NCBI GenBank assembly: GCA_016193585.1
Contig: JACPRW010000001.1
Coordinates: 59,171-123,170, forward strand
Direction: 5' to 3'
Length of the DNA stretch: 64,000 nucleotides
DNA from: Candidatus Aenigmatarchaeota archaeon
GTDB lineage: Archaea; Aenigmatarchaeota; Aenigmatarchaeia; GW2011-AR5
Position numbers and translations under genes: made by a program. Each line of letters begins with the position of its first letter. Position 1 is the first letter of the stretch. Below are positions 39,144 to 48,400 of this stretch, one piece after another. The notes under the pieces were generated by a model. It was not told the origin of the DNA, searched no databases, and saw only the letters and a list, made by a program, of their open reading frames with translations.

Positions 39144-39195
39144 ATATAGCTCTACAAGGAAACAAACTTAAGTGTTATGAAGGGCAAACAATGCG

Positions 39196-39666
39196 TTATT
39201 CAGACTCGACCTTCTGCTGCTCGATTTTCGGCGCTTCCTCGGGCTTCTTGGTGCCTTCGGCAGCCTTTTCTTCCTCCTGCTTCTTCACCGCCTTCGGCCC
39301 CAGCCGCTCCATGAGCTTTTCTTTCATGCCCTTCTTCTCGGTCTTTGGTGTTGCCTTGAATTCCTCGTAGGAGAAGCCGAGCAGCTCGGCCCTGACTGTT
39401 TCGCCGTCCCTGACTGCCCTTACCCTGACCTTGCGCGGCGGGCGCTTGATGCCCCGTGTCCATACCGCTTCGTTGAGGTTCCTGCCGAGCCTCACGTCGC
39501 CTGACTTCATGTGGCGTGCCAGGTAGCTCCTGATGAGCTGCATCGCGTACGGCGTCCGCTTGAAGTACATCTTGCGGAACGCCTTCCTGAGCGGTATCGT
39601 GTACACGCGCTCATGCTGCGCCTGCGCAGGAGCTTCGCGCTTCGGTTCTGTTTTTTCGTCCGCCAC
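39196..39666 (-). CDS. rpl31e: 50S ribosomal protein L31e (with long K/E-rich C-terminal extension)
   Basis: ERVYTIPLRKA...YLARHMK...VRLGRNLNEAVWTRGIKRPPRKVRVRAVR is the L31e core. About 60 extra C-terminal residues are KE-rich. Confidence 0.85.
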   Translation of the reverse strand: MADEKTEPKREAPAQAQHERVYTIPLRKAFRKMYFKRTPYAMQLIRSYLARHMKSGDVRLGRNLNEAVWTRGIKRPPRKVRVRAVRDGETVRAELLGFSYEEFKATPKTEKKGMKEKLMERLGPKAVKKQEEEKAAEGTKKPEEAPKIEQQKVESE

Positions 39667-39678
39667 GTTTCATCGACC

Positions 39679-39778
39679 TATATACTAAACTGCGAAACTT
39701 ATATGACGCAGATTCGCAGTTTGTATACAGATAACTGCTCATAATATGTCATGCAAATTATGCAGTTATCTATATCTT
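39679..39778. repeat. hairpin elements F3-variant + F2-variant (tatactaaactgcgaa...ttcgcagtttgtata ; cagataactgctcataatatgtcatgcaaattatgcagttatctata)
   Basis: It is identical to 62388-62478. It overlaps the 3' end and stop of rpl39e. Confidence 0.8.
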
Positions 39779-39934
39779 GTTCCGTCCCCTTCTCCAGTGC
39801 TTCGCGGTGACGCGCACGCGCCTTGTCCGCGCCCGCTTGAGCGAGTGCTTCTTGATGTCCGCCCAGCGCGGAGCGCTTCGCCTGCGAGCGGCGATGAGCT
39901 TGAGCTTCTTGCCGTATGCTTTCCGTGATGCCAT
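39770..39934 (-). CDS. rpl39e: 50S ribosomal protein L39e
   Basis: The 54-aa MASRKAYGKKLKLIAARRRSAPRWADIKKHSLKRARTRRVRVTAKHWRRGRNKI matches L39e. The last codons and the stop lie inside the hairpin element. Confidence 0.8.
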   Translation of the reverse strand: MASRKAYGKKLKLIAARRRSAPRWADIKKHSLKRARTRRVRVTAKHWRRGRNKI

Positions 39935-40115
39935 ATCAGAACCCATCATGTTACGCTTTAATTATCGGTTCCGATACCTCCGGTATTATCAGAACCCATC
40001 CATTTTATTCATAAACACTTTGTGTTTATCAGCTTCTCCAAAGCTGGAATGTAGCCGGTTCCCGAACCTCCGCTACTCAGATTTCCCGCTTGGTGCCGTA
40101 TTACTTTTTGCTAAG

Positions 40116-40424
40116 CTATTTCCTCCGTATCCGGATGTCGCGCTTGCTACTCAGCTTCTTAAGGATGGCTATGAGCTGCTCCTCGCTGATTCTGCCCCTC
40201 AGCTGCCCTGCATGGTGCAGCTGCGCAAGGTACGCCTCGAGTTGCATCGCCATGTCAGGCTTCACCACCTTGAGGTTCGCCAGTCGCTCGCGCGCTCTCG
40301 GCTCGAGTATCTGCATCGAAATCGTCTTGAGCGTCGCTTCGATCTGCTGTTGCTGCATCTGTTGCTGCATCTGTTGCTGCAGGAGCCTCTTCTTGATTTC
40401 TTCTTCCTCCATATAGGAACCCAT
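40116..40424 (-). CDS. PDCD5/TFAR19-like dsDNA-binding protein (archaeal DNA-binding protein family)
   Basis: It has a QQQM low-complexity stretch, then EATLKTISMQILEPRARERLANLKVVKPDMAMQLEAYL, and sits in the conserved slot between rps19e and rpl39e. Confidence 0.7.
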   Translation of the reverse strand: MGSYMEEEEIKKRLLQQQMQQQMQQQQIEATLKTISMQILEPRARERLANLKVVKPDMAMQLEAYLAQLHHAGQLRGRISEEQLIAILKKLSSKRDIRIRRK

Positions 40425-40430
40425 CCATTT

Positions 40431-40527
40431 TATAGTAAACTGCGTTACTTAGGTTACATACTACAACGCAGTTTGCATATAAATAACTGCTAATAATACG
40501 TCACATAAACTACGCAGTTATTCATAT
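40431..40527. repeat. hairpin elements F3 + F2 (reverse orientation)
   Basis: tatagtaaactgcgttacttaggttacatactacaacgcagtttgcatata + aataactgctaataatacgtcacataaactacgcagttattcata. Confidence 0.8.
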
Positions 40528-40711
40528 TTTCACATCTTTCAGATGTGCCAGCCTCTCCGAGACTGCACTATAGTCAGTTCCTATTACCTCCGACAGGAAC
40601 CACACGCTTCACTATGCTGGACACACCGACGGTGCGTCAGCTCGTTTTCAGTCCTGAGACCCCCTGTTACAGGAAGGCGGCGAAACCTTGTAATCAATCC
40701 CAGGAATGATT

Positions 40712-41125
40712 TCACGCGACGCTTTTGGCGACAGCATTGAGGAACCGCTTGCCATCGGCAGTGAGTATCCTGCCCTTCTTCGGCTTGTCAACTTTCTGGA
40801 CAAATCCCGCTTTCTCAAGGTCCTGGAGGATGACGCGGACAATCTTGCCGCCGCCCCTGGCGAAATGCGCCGGCTTGTGGCCGCGCCTGTGGAGACCGCC
40901 GTAATAGGTTCGCAGCCGCTCGACGCCAACAGGGCCGTTCAGGTGGATGCGGCGCATGATGCTTGCTGCACGGACGTACCACCAGTCGGGATTTTCAGGG
41001 ACCCGGTCCCGCGAGACGCCTGTCTTCACGTAGAGGGACCACGACGGCGCGCTCATTTTTTTCTTGAGTTCATCCGAAGCCTTCGCTACAAGGAGCTGCG
41101 GATTTTTGTCGTAGATTGAGACCAT
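40712..41125 (-). CDS. rps19e: 30S ribosomal protein S19e
   Basis: 137 aa with ...WYVRAASIMRRIHLNGPVGVERLRTYYGG...KPAHFARGGGKIVR. Confidence 0.9.
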   Translation of the reverse strand: MVSIYDKNPQLLVAKASDELKKKMSAPSWSLYVKTGVSRDRVPENPDWWYVRAASIMRRIHLNGPVGVERLRTYYGGLHRRGHKPAHFARGGGKIVRVILQDLEKAGFVQKVDKPKKGRILTADGKRFLNAVAKSVA

Positions 41126-41196
41126 GTTGCGTCACATCATCCGGTATGGAAAATGCACCAGAGCACGCTGCACCACGGCTGCAGGCACATGGTGCG

Positions 41197-41511
41197 CTAC
41201 AGCTGTTTTTTTGGCTTGTACGGTATTCTCATTATCTTACCGCACGAAAAGCATTTAATAGTTATGACACCATCCCTGAGCCTGCGCTGCGCATTCTCTG
41301 CCGTGAAATATGCATGGCAGTGTTTGCAGAAGGCGCGCTTCAGCTTGCCGAGCCTCACATTATACCGCATGCCGATTCGCTTTGCCAGCGAGGTGTACCG
41401 CTTTGCCAGTACAGGCTCCCTGGCCGACGCCTTTTTCGCCTCGTCGAGAAGAATCCGTATCCGTTCCTTGGCTATCCTGACCTGGTATTCAGGCTTCCCG
41501 CGCGAGCGCAT
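41197..41511 (-). CDS. rnp4: RNase P protein component 4 (Rpp21/Rnp4)
   Basis: RIRILLDEAKK...AKRYTSLAKRI..RYNVRL...CKHCHAY...IKCFSCGKIMR, a Zn-ribbon Rpp21 pattern. Confidence 0.8.
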   Translation of the reverse strand: MRSRGKPEYQVRIAKERIRILLDEAKKASAREPVLAKRYTSLAKRIGMRYNVRLGKLKRAFCKHCHAYFTAENAQRRLRDGVITIKCFSCGKIMRIPYKPKKQL

Positions 41512-41537
41512 GGGAATACCATGCAGGAACGAGGATT

Positions 41538-41634
41538 TATAGATAATTGCGCAGCTTATGTCGTATTAACGCGCAATTTTCTATAGGTGAATTGCAAATA
41601 ATATCAGGACATAACCAGTGCAATTCACCATATA
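41538..41634. repeat. hairpin elements F4 + F5 (intact F5)
   Basis: tatagataattgcgcagcttatgtcgtattaacgcgcaattttctata + ggtgaattgcaaataatatcaggacataaccagtgcaattcaccata. Confidence 0.8.
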
Positions 41635-41705
41635 ACCATCAAAAGAAATAACCGGCATGCAGGGCGCAGCGTTGTGTCTCCCGAAAGAGACACCGGACAT
41701 GCTTT

Positions 41706-41960
41706 CTACAGCGTATCGTATATCCGGGGTCTTTTATCAATTTTTGTAACAAGAACGATTTTTTGTTTCTCCGTAACCTTGTACAAAGCTCTGTAATCTC
41801 CAATGCGGCATCGGAAGACCGATTCGCCGTCTTTATCCCTCGTTATAAACTTTGCGTCAGAAGGAATTGGCACCTCTGCCAGCTTTTTGAGCCGCTTCTC
41901 AATTCGCTCGCGAAGATGCATGTCTAACTTGTCTAAGAATTCTGTAGCCCGCTGGGACAA
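41706..41960 (-). CDS. relE: RelE/ParE family toxin
   Basis: 84 aa with ...FRCRIGDYRALYKVTEKQKIVLVTKIDKRPRIY. Confidence 0.7.
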   Translation of the reverse strand: MSQRATEFLDKLDMHLRERIEKRLKKLAEVPIPSDAKFITRDKDGESVFRCRIGDYRALYKVTEKQKIVLVTKIDKRPRIYDTL

Positions 41961-41975
41961 TTCAACTGCATAAAT

Positions 41976-42164
41976 TTAAACCAGCCTCTTGGTTCTTCCT
42001 TCCTTGAGGTCCTTTTCAGCGTTCCGTATTGATTCCACATCGTCATCGGTAAGCATAATATCCACGTCCTTTATGCGGACTTTTATGAAATCCAAGTCCG
42101 CCCTAATCTCCTTTAGCTCCTTCAGAATCTGTTCTGTTTCAGTAACCATAGTATTGCTACGCAT
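41976..42164 (-). CDS. putative antitoxin partner of RelE
   Basis: A small charged protein directly upstream of relE in the same orientation. Confidence 0.4.
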   Translation of the reverse strand: MRSNTMVTETEQILKELKEIRADLDFIKVRIKDVDIMLTDDDVESIRNAEKDLKEGRTKRLV

Positions 42165-42262
42165 TTGTACTTTATAAATCTACCCTGTGCCACTGGACAC
42201 TTGTCCTTGGGAACACTTTTTTGCTGGATGTGAAGGTAAATCAGGCAACAGGTGCTGCAGGC

Positions 42263-43714
42263 CTAAATTGCCCTCTTCCGCCACCGGGGCCCATAGGGCG
42301 TGTCCTCGACGTGTACGCCGCGGAGCTGCAGCTCCTTCCGCAGCGCATCAGCTTTCTTGTAGTCTTTCTTCATGCGGAAGGATTCCCGCTCCCTGATGAG
42401 TCGTGCCTCTTCGGCGTCGAGCGGCTCGTCAGGCTGCATGATGTCGAGGATGCCGTCGACCATCATAAGGAAGCCAAGGACGTTGCGGAGCGACGCGGCA
42501 TCGGCGCGGCGCTCGTCTATCTCCCTGTTTACCACGGTAAACATCCGGTACAGGGCGGCGAGCGCCTCAGGAACGTTCAGGTCGTCGTTCATGTGGTCCT
42601 CGAAGAGTATCTTCGCATCATAGAGCGCCAGCTCTATCGTTTCGTTCAGCTTGCGCACGGTAGACTGCGCAGCCGTGTCCTCGAGCTTCCTGACGAACGC
42701 GTTGAAATTGTCGACGGTACGCTGGGCAGCCTCGAGCTCGCTGAACGTGAAGTTGAGCTGGCTGCGGTAGTGCGTCGCGAGCAGCAGGTAGCGCAAAGCA
42801 ACAGGGGAATGGCCTTTCGCAAGAATGTCCCGCAGCGTGAAAAAATTGCCCAGGCTCTTCGACATCTTCTTGCCGTCGACGATGAGATGGTCGCAGTGCA
42901 CCCAGCATTTCGCGAACTGCGCGCCGGTCGCGCCTTCGCTTTGCGCTATTTCGTTCTCGTGATGAGGAAAGATGAGGTCGACGCCGCCGCCATGAATGTC
43001 GACAGCACCGAGGTGCTTGAGCGACATCGCGCTGCATTCGATATGCCAGCCGGGCCTGCCCTTGATCTGTTCGCCGCCGATGATAACATTCCAGAAAACG
43101 CCGCCGTCTTCCGGAGCGTACGCTTTCCACAGGGCGAAATCCTGCATCTGGTCTTTTGTGTATTCGTCGTGGCGTATCCGCGCGCCTGCTTTCAGCTCCT
43201 GCAGCTTCAGCTTTGAAAGCTTGCCGTAGCCGCCGAAACGGGATATGTCGAAATAGATGGACCCGTCGTCGCCCTTGTACGCACAGCCGTTCTTCAGCAG
43301 GCTGTTGATGAGGCCGACCATTTCCCCGATGTGTTCTGTCGCGCGGGGGTACACCGAAGCCGGCTTGATGCGCAGCGCGCTGATGTCCTCGAAGAAAGCC
43401 TTCTCATACCGCATCGTAAAGTCCTTGAGCGATATCCCCTGCTTCTGGGAATTCGTGATGGTCTTGTCGTCGACATCCGTAACGTTCATGGCCATCTTGA
43501 CGGCAAAGCCGAGGTATTCGAGATAGCGGCGAAGGAGGTCGGCAAAGGTGTACGCGCGCAAGTTGCCGATATGGACATAGTCGTAGACGGTCGGCCCGCA
43601 GAAATAGAAGGTGACGATTTTTCCGCTGGCTGCGAACGCATCTTTGCCCCTCGTCAGGGTGTTGAAAAGCCTGAATGACGTTGGCTTGAGCGCCTCATGT
43701 GATGAAGGCTGCAT
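42263..43714 (-). CDS. cysS: Cysteine--tRNA ligase
   Basis: HIGN-type (HIGNLRAYTFADLL) and KMSKS (KMSKSLGN) class-I signatures, 483 aa. Confidence 0.9.
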   Translation of the reverse strand: MQPSSHEALKPTSFRLFNTLTRGKDAFAASGKIVTFYFCGPTVYDYVHIGNLRAYTFADLLRRYLEYLGFAVKMAMNVTDVDDKTITNSQKQGISLKDFTMRYEKAFFEDISALRIKPASVYPRATEHIGEMVGLINSLLKNGCAYKGDDGSIYFDISRFGGYGKLSKLKLQELKAGARIRHDEYTKDQMQDFALWKAYAPEDGGVFWNVIIGGEQIKGRPGWHIECSAMSLKHLGAVDIHGGGVDLIFPHHENEIAQSEGATGAQFAKCWVHCDHLIVDGKKMSKSLGNFFTLRDILAKGHSPVALRYLLLATHYRSQLNFTFSELEAAQRTVDNFNAFVRKLEDTAAQSTVRKLNETIELALYDAKILFEDHMNDDLNVPEALAALYRMFTVVNREIDERRADAASLRNVLGFLMMVDGILDIMQPDEPLDAEEARLIRERESFRMKKDYKKADALRKELQLRGVHVEDTPYGPRWRKRAI

Positions 43715-43930
43715 AGGTCTTCTTTCATCCTGATGTTATTAAAATGTTTCACTTGCATTTTTTGCAACTGGCGATGATGTCCTGATAGGGAGAAAGGAGT
43801 ACAGGATGGCGGGTATTCAATAAGGCAAAACCACGATTCTTCCGTTTCGTAAGACGGCAGCATCCCCTGCCCGTATGCCCCTGTATTCCTGCACGATTGG
43901 AGTTCCTATGGCGGTCACGTACGGTCTCTT

Positions 43931-44728
43931 TCACAGCTTCTTGAGCATATCCCTGATTTCCTCGGCCTTGCGCAGCGCGATGTCGATGACCTCTTCTATT
44001 TCCTTCTGCGAGAAGCCGCCCGGACCCCCCTTCTGCATCGAGCAGAGATGAACCTGGTTGTCGCGGTCGACACTGCCAATGGTCAGGCGCGCATGGGCGG
44101 CCATTTCCTCGGCAAAGCTCGGGTCGACGAGCATCCTGTTGCTGACCTTCGCAACCGTTGCGGAGAGCGGAATGCCGTTGAGTTGCAGTTTGTGGTAGCC
44201 TTTTTCCGTGTACACCGGCTTGTCGTTTTCCAGCTCGGGAATCCGCGCGTCAAGCAACGCAGCGGCAGCTGCAATTCCCGCAGCGTCAATGAGGTTTCCG
44301 TCATTGTCGAGGACATCGATGTCGATGTAAATCATCCAGACCTTTTCTCCCGGCGTCAGGCACAGCTTTTTCATGTCAAGTGCTTTCGACTCGCGGATGG
44401 CGCGGTCCACGACACGCGAAACCTCGATGGCTTCTTCTCTAGGCGGTCCTGCCTCGAAATCAGGCGATGCAAGCGGCACGAATTCTGTCGCGACCATGAG
44501 CACGCCTTCGTCAGGCGTGTCGGGAAACGGCTCGCCCACGTCCATTTTAACGCCTGCGACGACCTCGGTTCCGCCGAGGCGGACGCGCGCAGAGCCTTCT
44601 GCGCTTGATACAAAGCCCTGCTCAACCTGAACATTTCGGTATTCCTCGAAGTTCCTGCGGTCGAGCCGCTCGCCTTTGTCGGTCATTTCACATATCAGGT
44701 TCGTGTCAATTTCTATGATAGTAATCAC
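43931..44728 (-). CDS. rrp42: Exosome complex component Rrp42
   Basis: The RNase PH-like ...KGERLDRRNFEEYRNVQVEQGFVSSAEGSARVRLGGTEVVAG aligns with Rrp42. The start is probably GTG 44728, 7 nt after the rrp41 stop. Alternatively ATG 44686. Confidence 0.75.
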   Translation of the reverse strand: MITIIEIDTNLICEMTDKGERLDRRNFEEYRNVQVEQGFVSSAEGSARVRLGGTEVVAGVKMDVGEPFPDTPDEGVLMVATEFVPLASPDFEAGPPREEAIEVSRVVDRAIRESKALDMKKLCLTPGEKVWMIYIDIDVLDNDGNLIDAAGIAAAAALLDARIPELENDKPVYTEKGYHKLQLNGIPLSATVAKVSNRMLVDPSFAEEMAAHARLTIGSVDRDNQVHLCSMQKGGPGGFSQKEIEEVIDIALRKAEEIRDMLKKL

Positions 44729-44735
44729 CTCGTCA

Positions 44736-45464
44736 TCATATCGCTTCGGCCAGTTCGTACTTTTTCCTGAGCGCCTCCTTCTGCTTTGCGTAGATGGCTT
44801 CGCACCCCTTGAGCCCCAGGTGTAGTATCTTCTTGACCTCTTCCTTGCTTGCAAGCCCGTCCATCTGCAGCAGCGTTATCTGTTTGCTCTTCGGGTAGAG
44901 CGCAACCGGCATGTCAAGGTCCCCTTCGGTGTCCTCCTTTCCGCTCACGTCGAGCAGGATGTGGCCTTCGACCTTCCCTGCGCTGCACGAAGCCACGAGG
45001 TCCTTCATCGGCACGCCGGCATCGGCGAGCGCAAGCGCTGCTGCGTTGATGCCAACGCACCGCGTCGATGCATCTGCCTGAAGAACCTCGATGTGCACGT
45101 CGATAGCTGTCTTCGGGAATTCGTCGAGGAATATGACCGGGAGCAGTGCCTGGCGCGTGACAAGGGAGATTTCAACGCTGCGTCGCGACGGTCCCGGCCT
45201 GCTGCGTTCCGTCGTTGCGAACGCGGCCATGCTGTAGCGCGTGCGGAGTATCGCCCGCTCTGCATCCTCGTCGTGGCGCGGGTGGACGGTGCGCGGGCCG
45301 TAGACGCCCGCAATGGCAATGGTATTGCCGAGCCTGAAGAATGCGGAACCGTCGGCATTCTTGAGCACGCCGACGCGCGCCTCCATCGGCCGAATCTCGT
45401 CGAGCGCCCTGCCGTCCAGCCTCTTGCCATTCTGTATAAGTTTTGCTTTTTCTTTCATGTACAT
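44736..45464 (-). CDS. rrp41: Exosome complex exonuclease Rrp41
   Basis: GKRLDGRALDEIRPMEARVGVLKNADGSAFFRLGNT... RNase PH domain, 242 aa. Confidence 0.88.
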   Translation of the reverse strand: MYMKEKAKLIQNGKRLDGRALDEIRPMEARVGVLKNADGSAFFRLGNTIAIAGVYGPRTVHPRHDEDAERAILRTRYSMAAFATTERSRPGPSRRSVEISLVTRQALLPVIFLDEFPKTAIDVHIEVLQADASTRCVGINAAALALADAGVPMKDLVASCSAGKVEGHILLDVSGKEDTEGDLDMPVALYPKSKQITLLQMDGLASKEEVKKILHLGLKGCEAIYAKQKEALRKKYELAEAI

Positions 45465-45470
45465 CGCCTC

Positions 45471-45797
45471 TTACGCTATTCTTCGTTCCTCCTGTTGAAA
45501 GTAGGATTCGCATGCCTGCTGCACGTTCCATAGCTGCTGCAATAACGCACTATTGGATGCTACAGTGTGCATTCTCGATGGACGGAGCGTATCAGCGCCC
45601 CATTCCGTATCAAGCGTGTATTCGACAACGATGCCGCCTTCTGTATCGCGCAGCTCGACCAGCCGCACCGTGCAAGACGTTTCCTTGCCGAACGCCATGC
45701 AGGTTGGCGTCTGGTGCACGCCGTCATTTGCAGCATATCCTGCCTCGTGAAACATGGCATCTATCATTGCTCCGTATCGTTTAAGCATTCTCATCAA
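45471..45797 (-). CDS. hypothetical small protein between rrp4 and rrp41
   Basis: 108-aa ORF filling an approximately 316-nt gap in an otherwise tight operon. I recognise no family and it could be spurious. Confidence 0.3.
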   Translation of the reverse strand: MMRMLKRYGAMIDAMFHEAGYAANDGVHQTPTCMAFGKETSCTVRLVELRDTEGGIVVEYTLDTEWGADTLRPSRMHTVASNSALLQQLWNVQQACESYFQQEERRIA

Positions 45798-46494
45798 CAG
45801 CAGCCTCAGCTCTTGGTGATGTTCCCATTGCAGTGGTGAGCATATCCTTGATGCGGTCGGTCAGGCCGCTCACGTGCGACATTTCCTCGATGGTGTGAAT
45901 CGCCTCGACGGCAATGTGCTCGTTGTCTCCCTTCACCCAGACAATGCCGTTCTGTCCCACGACAATCTGGGTACCGGTCAGCTCCTTGATCATCTCGACC
46001 ATCGAACCTGATTTGCCGATGATGCGCGGCACTTTTGCTGGCGTCACCTTGATGAGCCTGCCGCCGCGCAGCTTCCGGCATTTCCTGTTTTTCATCGAGA
46101 GCTGCACGTTCTTCGTCTTCGAGACGTTCGATATCTCGGCGAATATTACCTCGCCGTAGTCGAAATACTTGGTGAGGTCGGTCCTCGTCATGTCGATGAA
46201 TTCGTCGGTCGCCTCGCTCAGCGGCAGCACCGCCTCGTACGGGGAGTTGATGTCAACCAGCCACTTCGAGAAAATGACGTCTGCTATCTTGCCGATGACG
46301 CCGTCCCCGCGCTTGGGGTTGTAGATGCCGGTGAGCGGTATGACGACATGCATGTCGCCCTTCTGCTCGGCAAGCCCGATGTATTTCGCATGCACCCTGC
46401 CGTGCTCTTCATACGCGCCGTGCCCCGCCTTGCCGTCGCCAAGCACTTCGCCGACAATGACCAGTTTCCGTTTCGCCTGTCCATTTTCTTCCAT
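45781..46494 (-). CDS. rrp4: Exosome complex RNA-binding protein Rrp4
   Basis: The start is MEENGQAKRKLVIVGEVLG. It has N-terminal, S1 and KH domains (KVPRIIGKSGSMVEMIKELTGTQIVVGQNG). Confidence 0.85.
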   Translation of the reverse strand: MEENGQAKRKLVIVGEVLGDGKAGHGAYEEHGRVHAKYIGLAEQKGDMHVVIPLTGIYNPKRGDGVIGKIADVIFSKWLVDINSPYEAVLPLSEATDEFIDMTRTDLTKYFDYGEVIFAEISNVSKTKNVQLSMKNRKCRKLRGGRLIKVTPAKVPRIIGKSGSMVEMIKELTGTQIVVGQNGIVWVKGDNEHIAVEAIHTIEEMSHVSGLTDRIKDMLTTAMGTSPRAEAAVDENA

Positions 46495-46505
46495 ATGATC
46501 ACCGT

Positions 46506-47243
46506 TTATTTTTTCGCTTCTTCGCTTATCCTCGCGTTGCCGTCCGTGACTGCATTGAGCTTGCGGTACACGGACTCGCGAAGGCCAGCTGGAAACACCA
46601 GCTTGATGATGAGTGCCCCGCTGCCGAGCCACTGCTGGTCCTTGAGCTCGCCGAGGTCTTTTACGATACCGTATGCTCTCCCGGCGTACTGCGCGGGAAT
46701 TTCCGCTGTCACCGTGAGCTGCTCCACGCTGATAGGCAGTATCGGCTTGAGCGCCTTGATGATGTCCTCCGCCTGCTGCTCGGCAGGCTTGAACGGGTCG
46801 ATGTTGACGCGCGCCTGGCCCATGGCATTCAGGATGCGGTCGGGCGGGTGGGGCAGCTTGGTCTGGGGGTTGATAGCATATTTACTGATGATGCCTGCAA
46901 TCTGCTTCCTTCGCTCCTCGGTCTTCTTGCGCCGGAAGTCGGTCGTGAGCTGCACGTCGCCCTTTTTGACAATCTCCTCGGCTATCTGCTCGGGGTCGTG
47001 GCTGCCGAACGCTTTTGCAACGTCCGCAGGCGACGCCTTGACCGCCTTCCGCGCGTCAGTGAACACCATGTTCGTTGCCAGCATGCGCGACAGAGAAACG
47101 GTTTTGCCTTCCTTCAGGTCGTAGGCGATATCAGGATCCACGAGAACTTCGAAGTGCTTCCCTTCCTTTGCACAGCGTGCTATGACCGCTTGGTCGACGG
47201 TAACCATAATATCACGTAAGGTGAGCCCCTGCGGCGTACTCAA
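46506..47243 (-). CDS. sdo1: Ribosome maturation protein SDO1/SBDS homologue
   Basis: 245 aa with ...KHFEVLVDPDIAYDLKEGK... FYSH-domain start. It occupies the conserved position upstream of rrp4. Confidence 0.8.
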   Translation of the reverse strand: MSTPQGLTLRDIMVTVDQAVIARCAKEGKHFEVLVDPDIAYDLKEGKTVSLSRMLATNMVFTDARKAVKASPADVAKAFGSHDPEQIAEEIVKKGDVQLTTDFRRKKTEERRKQIAGIISKYAINPQTKLPHPPDRILNAMGQARVNIDPFKPAEQQAEDIIKALKPILPISVEQLTVTAEIPAQYAGRAYGIVKDLGELKDQQWLGSGALIIKLVFPAGLRESVYRKLNAVTDGNARISEEAKK

Positions 47244-47313
47244 AATATAGGTAACTCAGGGCTCATTATGTAACGGAATTATGTATAAAGCAAAGCTTAA
47301 AAAGGGACCGGCA

Positions 47314-48333
47314 CTAGCCAAAGAAATCTTCCGGGAGCACTGTTCTTTCGAAGGGATATGCAATCATCTGCGCTGCTGCATTGACCGCAGCATCTTTTTC
47401 CTTATATGAAGGGTGCCGGCCCCAGAGATAGCCGTGAACCGAAGGGCCTTGCGGCGACCTCCCGATAAGAAAACCGTCGAATAAGCATGCAGTTGGTGTC
47501 CCCATGTCGTCTGCAAGCGCCTTGAATGCAACGCAGTTCATCTGCGTTTCAGGATTCGTGTAAATATCGCGTATTCTCCTCATGAGCGCCGGGATGCCAC
47601 CGTCAGGCACTTCTGCAGGGAGGCTGTGTGCACTTCCTGCTGTCAGCACGCCATGCAACATATGGAAACTTTCGGGCGGCAATTCAAACAGTTTCAGCGC
47701 ATGCTCTCCTGTTTCTCCCCGGAGCTGTTTCATTGCAAAGACATTCAGTACCGAAACAGCTTCTGCGAGCAGCAATTTCTCGTTCCACGGATATGCCTGT
47801 GCCCGGGCGCCGCCTGTATAGTAAACGCTTCCGTATGGCCGCTTCTCCTGACCAATGAGCGCAATGTAGCGGTCGCTGAGCACCAGCCGCCTTTCGATGT
47901 CATCAGTGAAATACGGTGAAGGCAGGACTGGCTTTTCTATCGTCGTGCGCTCACCCTCCTGTGCCAATTCCCTCATGCGCTTTTCTACATACTCATGTTC
48001 CGCTTCGAGCATAGCGCCTTCCGGCAGTATCTGAACTGAAACGCGGAGCGGAACATTCCAGTAGGCTTCCGTGCGTTTTTGCGCAGAAGCTACAATGCGC
48101 TCCATATCATTTTTTCTCAGACGTCCTTGCTTCAGAAGCCCTTGTTCCAGCATCGTATTGTATCGCGTGCCGACCGCATGAGCATAGTGAGGAAGCGATT
48201 CAGGTGCAAGGTAGCGCCGCAGCCAGTAAAACTTGTTCGCCTCCACAATTCGGCGCTCGCCATCGAGCATTTCATGAAGCGTCGGTACTCTTCCGCGAAG
48301 AAAGATGTATTCCCGTATTCCACTGGTGGCCAT
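47314..48333 (-). CDS. hypothetical protein
   Basis: 339 aa with no recognised motif. Confidence 0.45.
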   Translation of the reverse strand: MATSGIREYIFLRGRVPTLHEMLDGERRIVEANKFYWLRRYLAPESLPHYAHAVGTRYNTMLEQGLLKQGRLRKNDMERIVASAQKRTEAYWNVPLRVSVQILPEGAMLEAEHEYVEKRMRELAQEGERTTIEKPVLPSPYFTDDIERRLVLSDRYIALIGQEKRPYGSVYYTGGARAQAYPWNEKLLLAEAVSVLNVFAMKQLRGETGEHALKLFELPPESFHMLHGVLTAGSAHSLPAEVPDGGIPALMRRIRDIYTNPETQMNCVAFKALADDMGTPTACLFDGFLIGRSPQGPSVHGYLWGRHPSYKEKDAAVNAAAQMIAYPFERTVLPEDFFG

Positions 48334-48400
48334 GCTGTAACCATTCGGTGAAATTATATAAAATGGAAAAGATGTTCAACAGGTTCTTAAGCAGATTGTA

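Noticed and set aside
40330-40385. Tandem ctgttgctgcat repeats
   Set aside because: They are simply the coding sequence for the QQQM low-complexity tract of the PDCD5-like protein, not a regulatory repeat.
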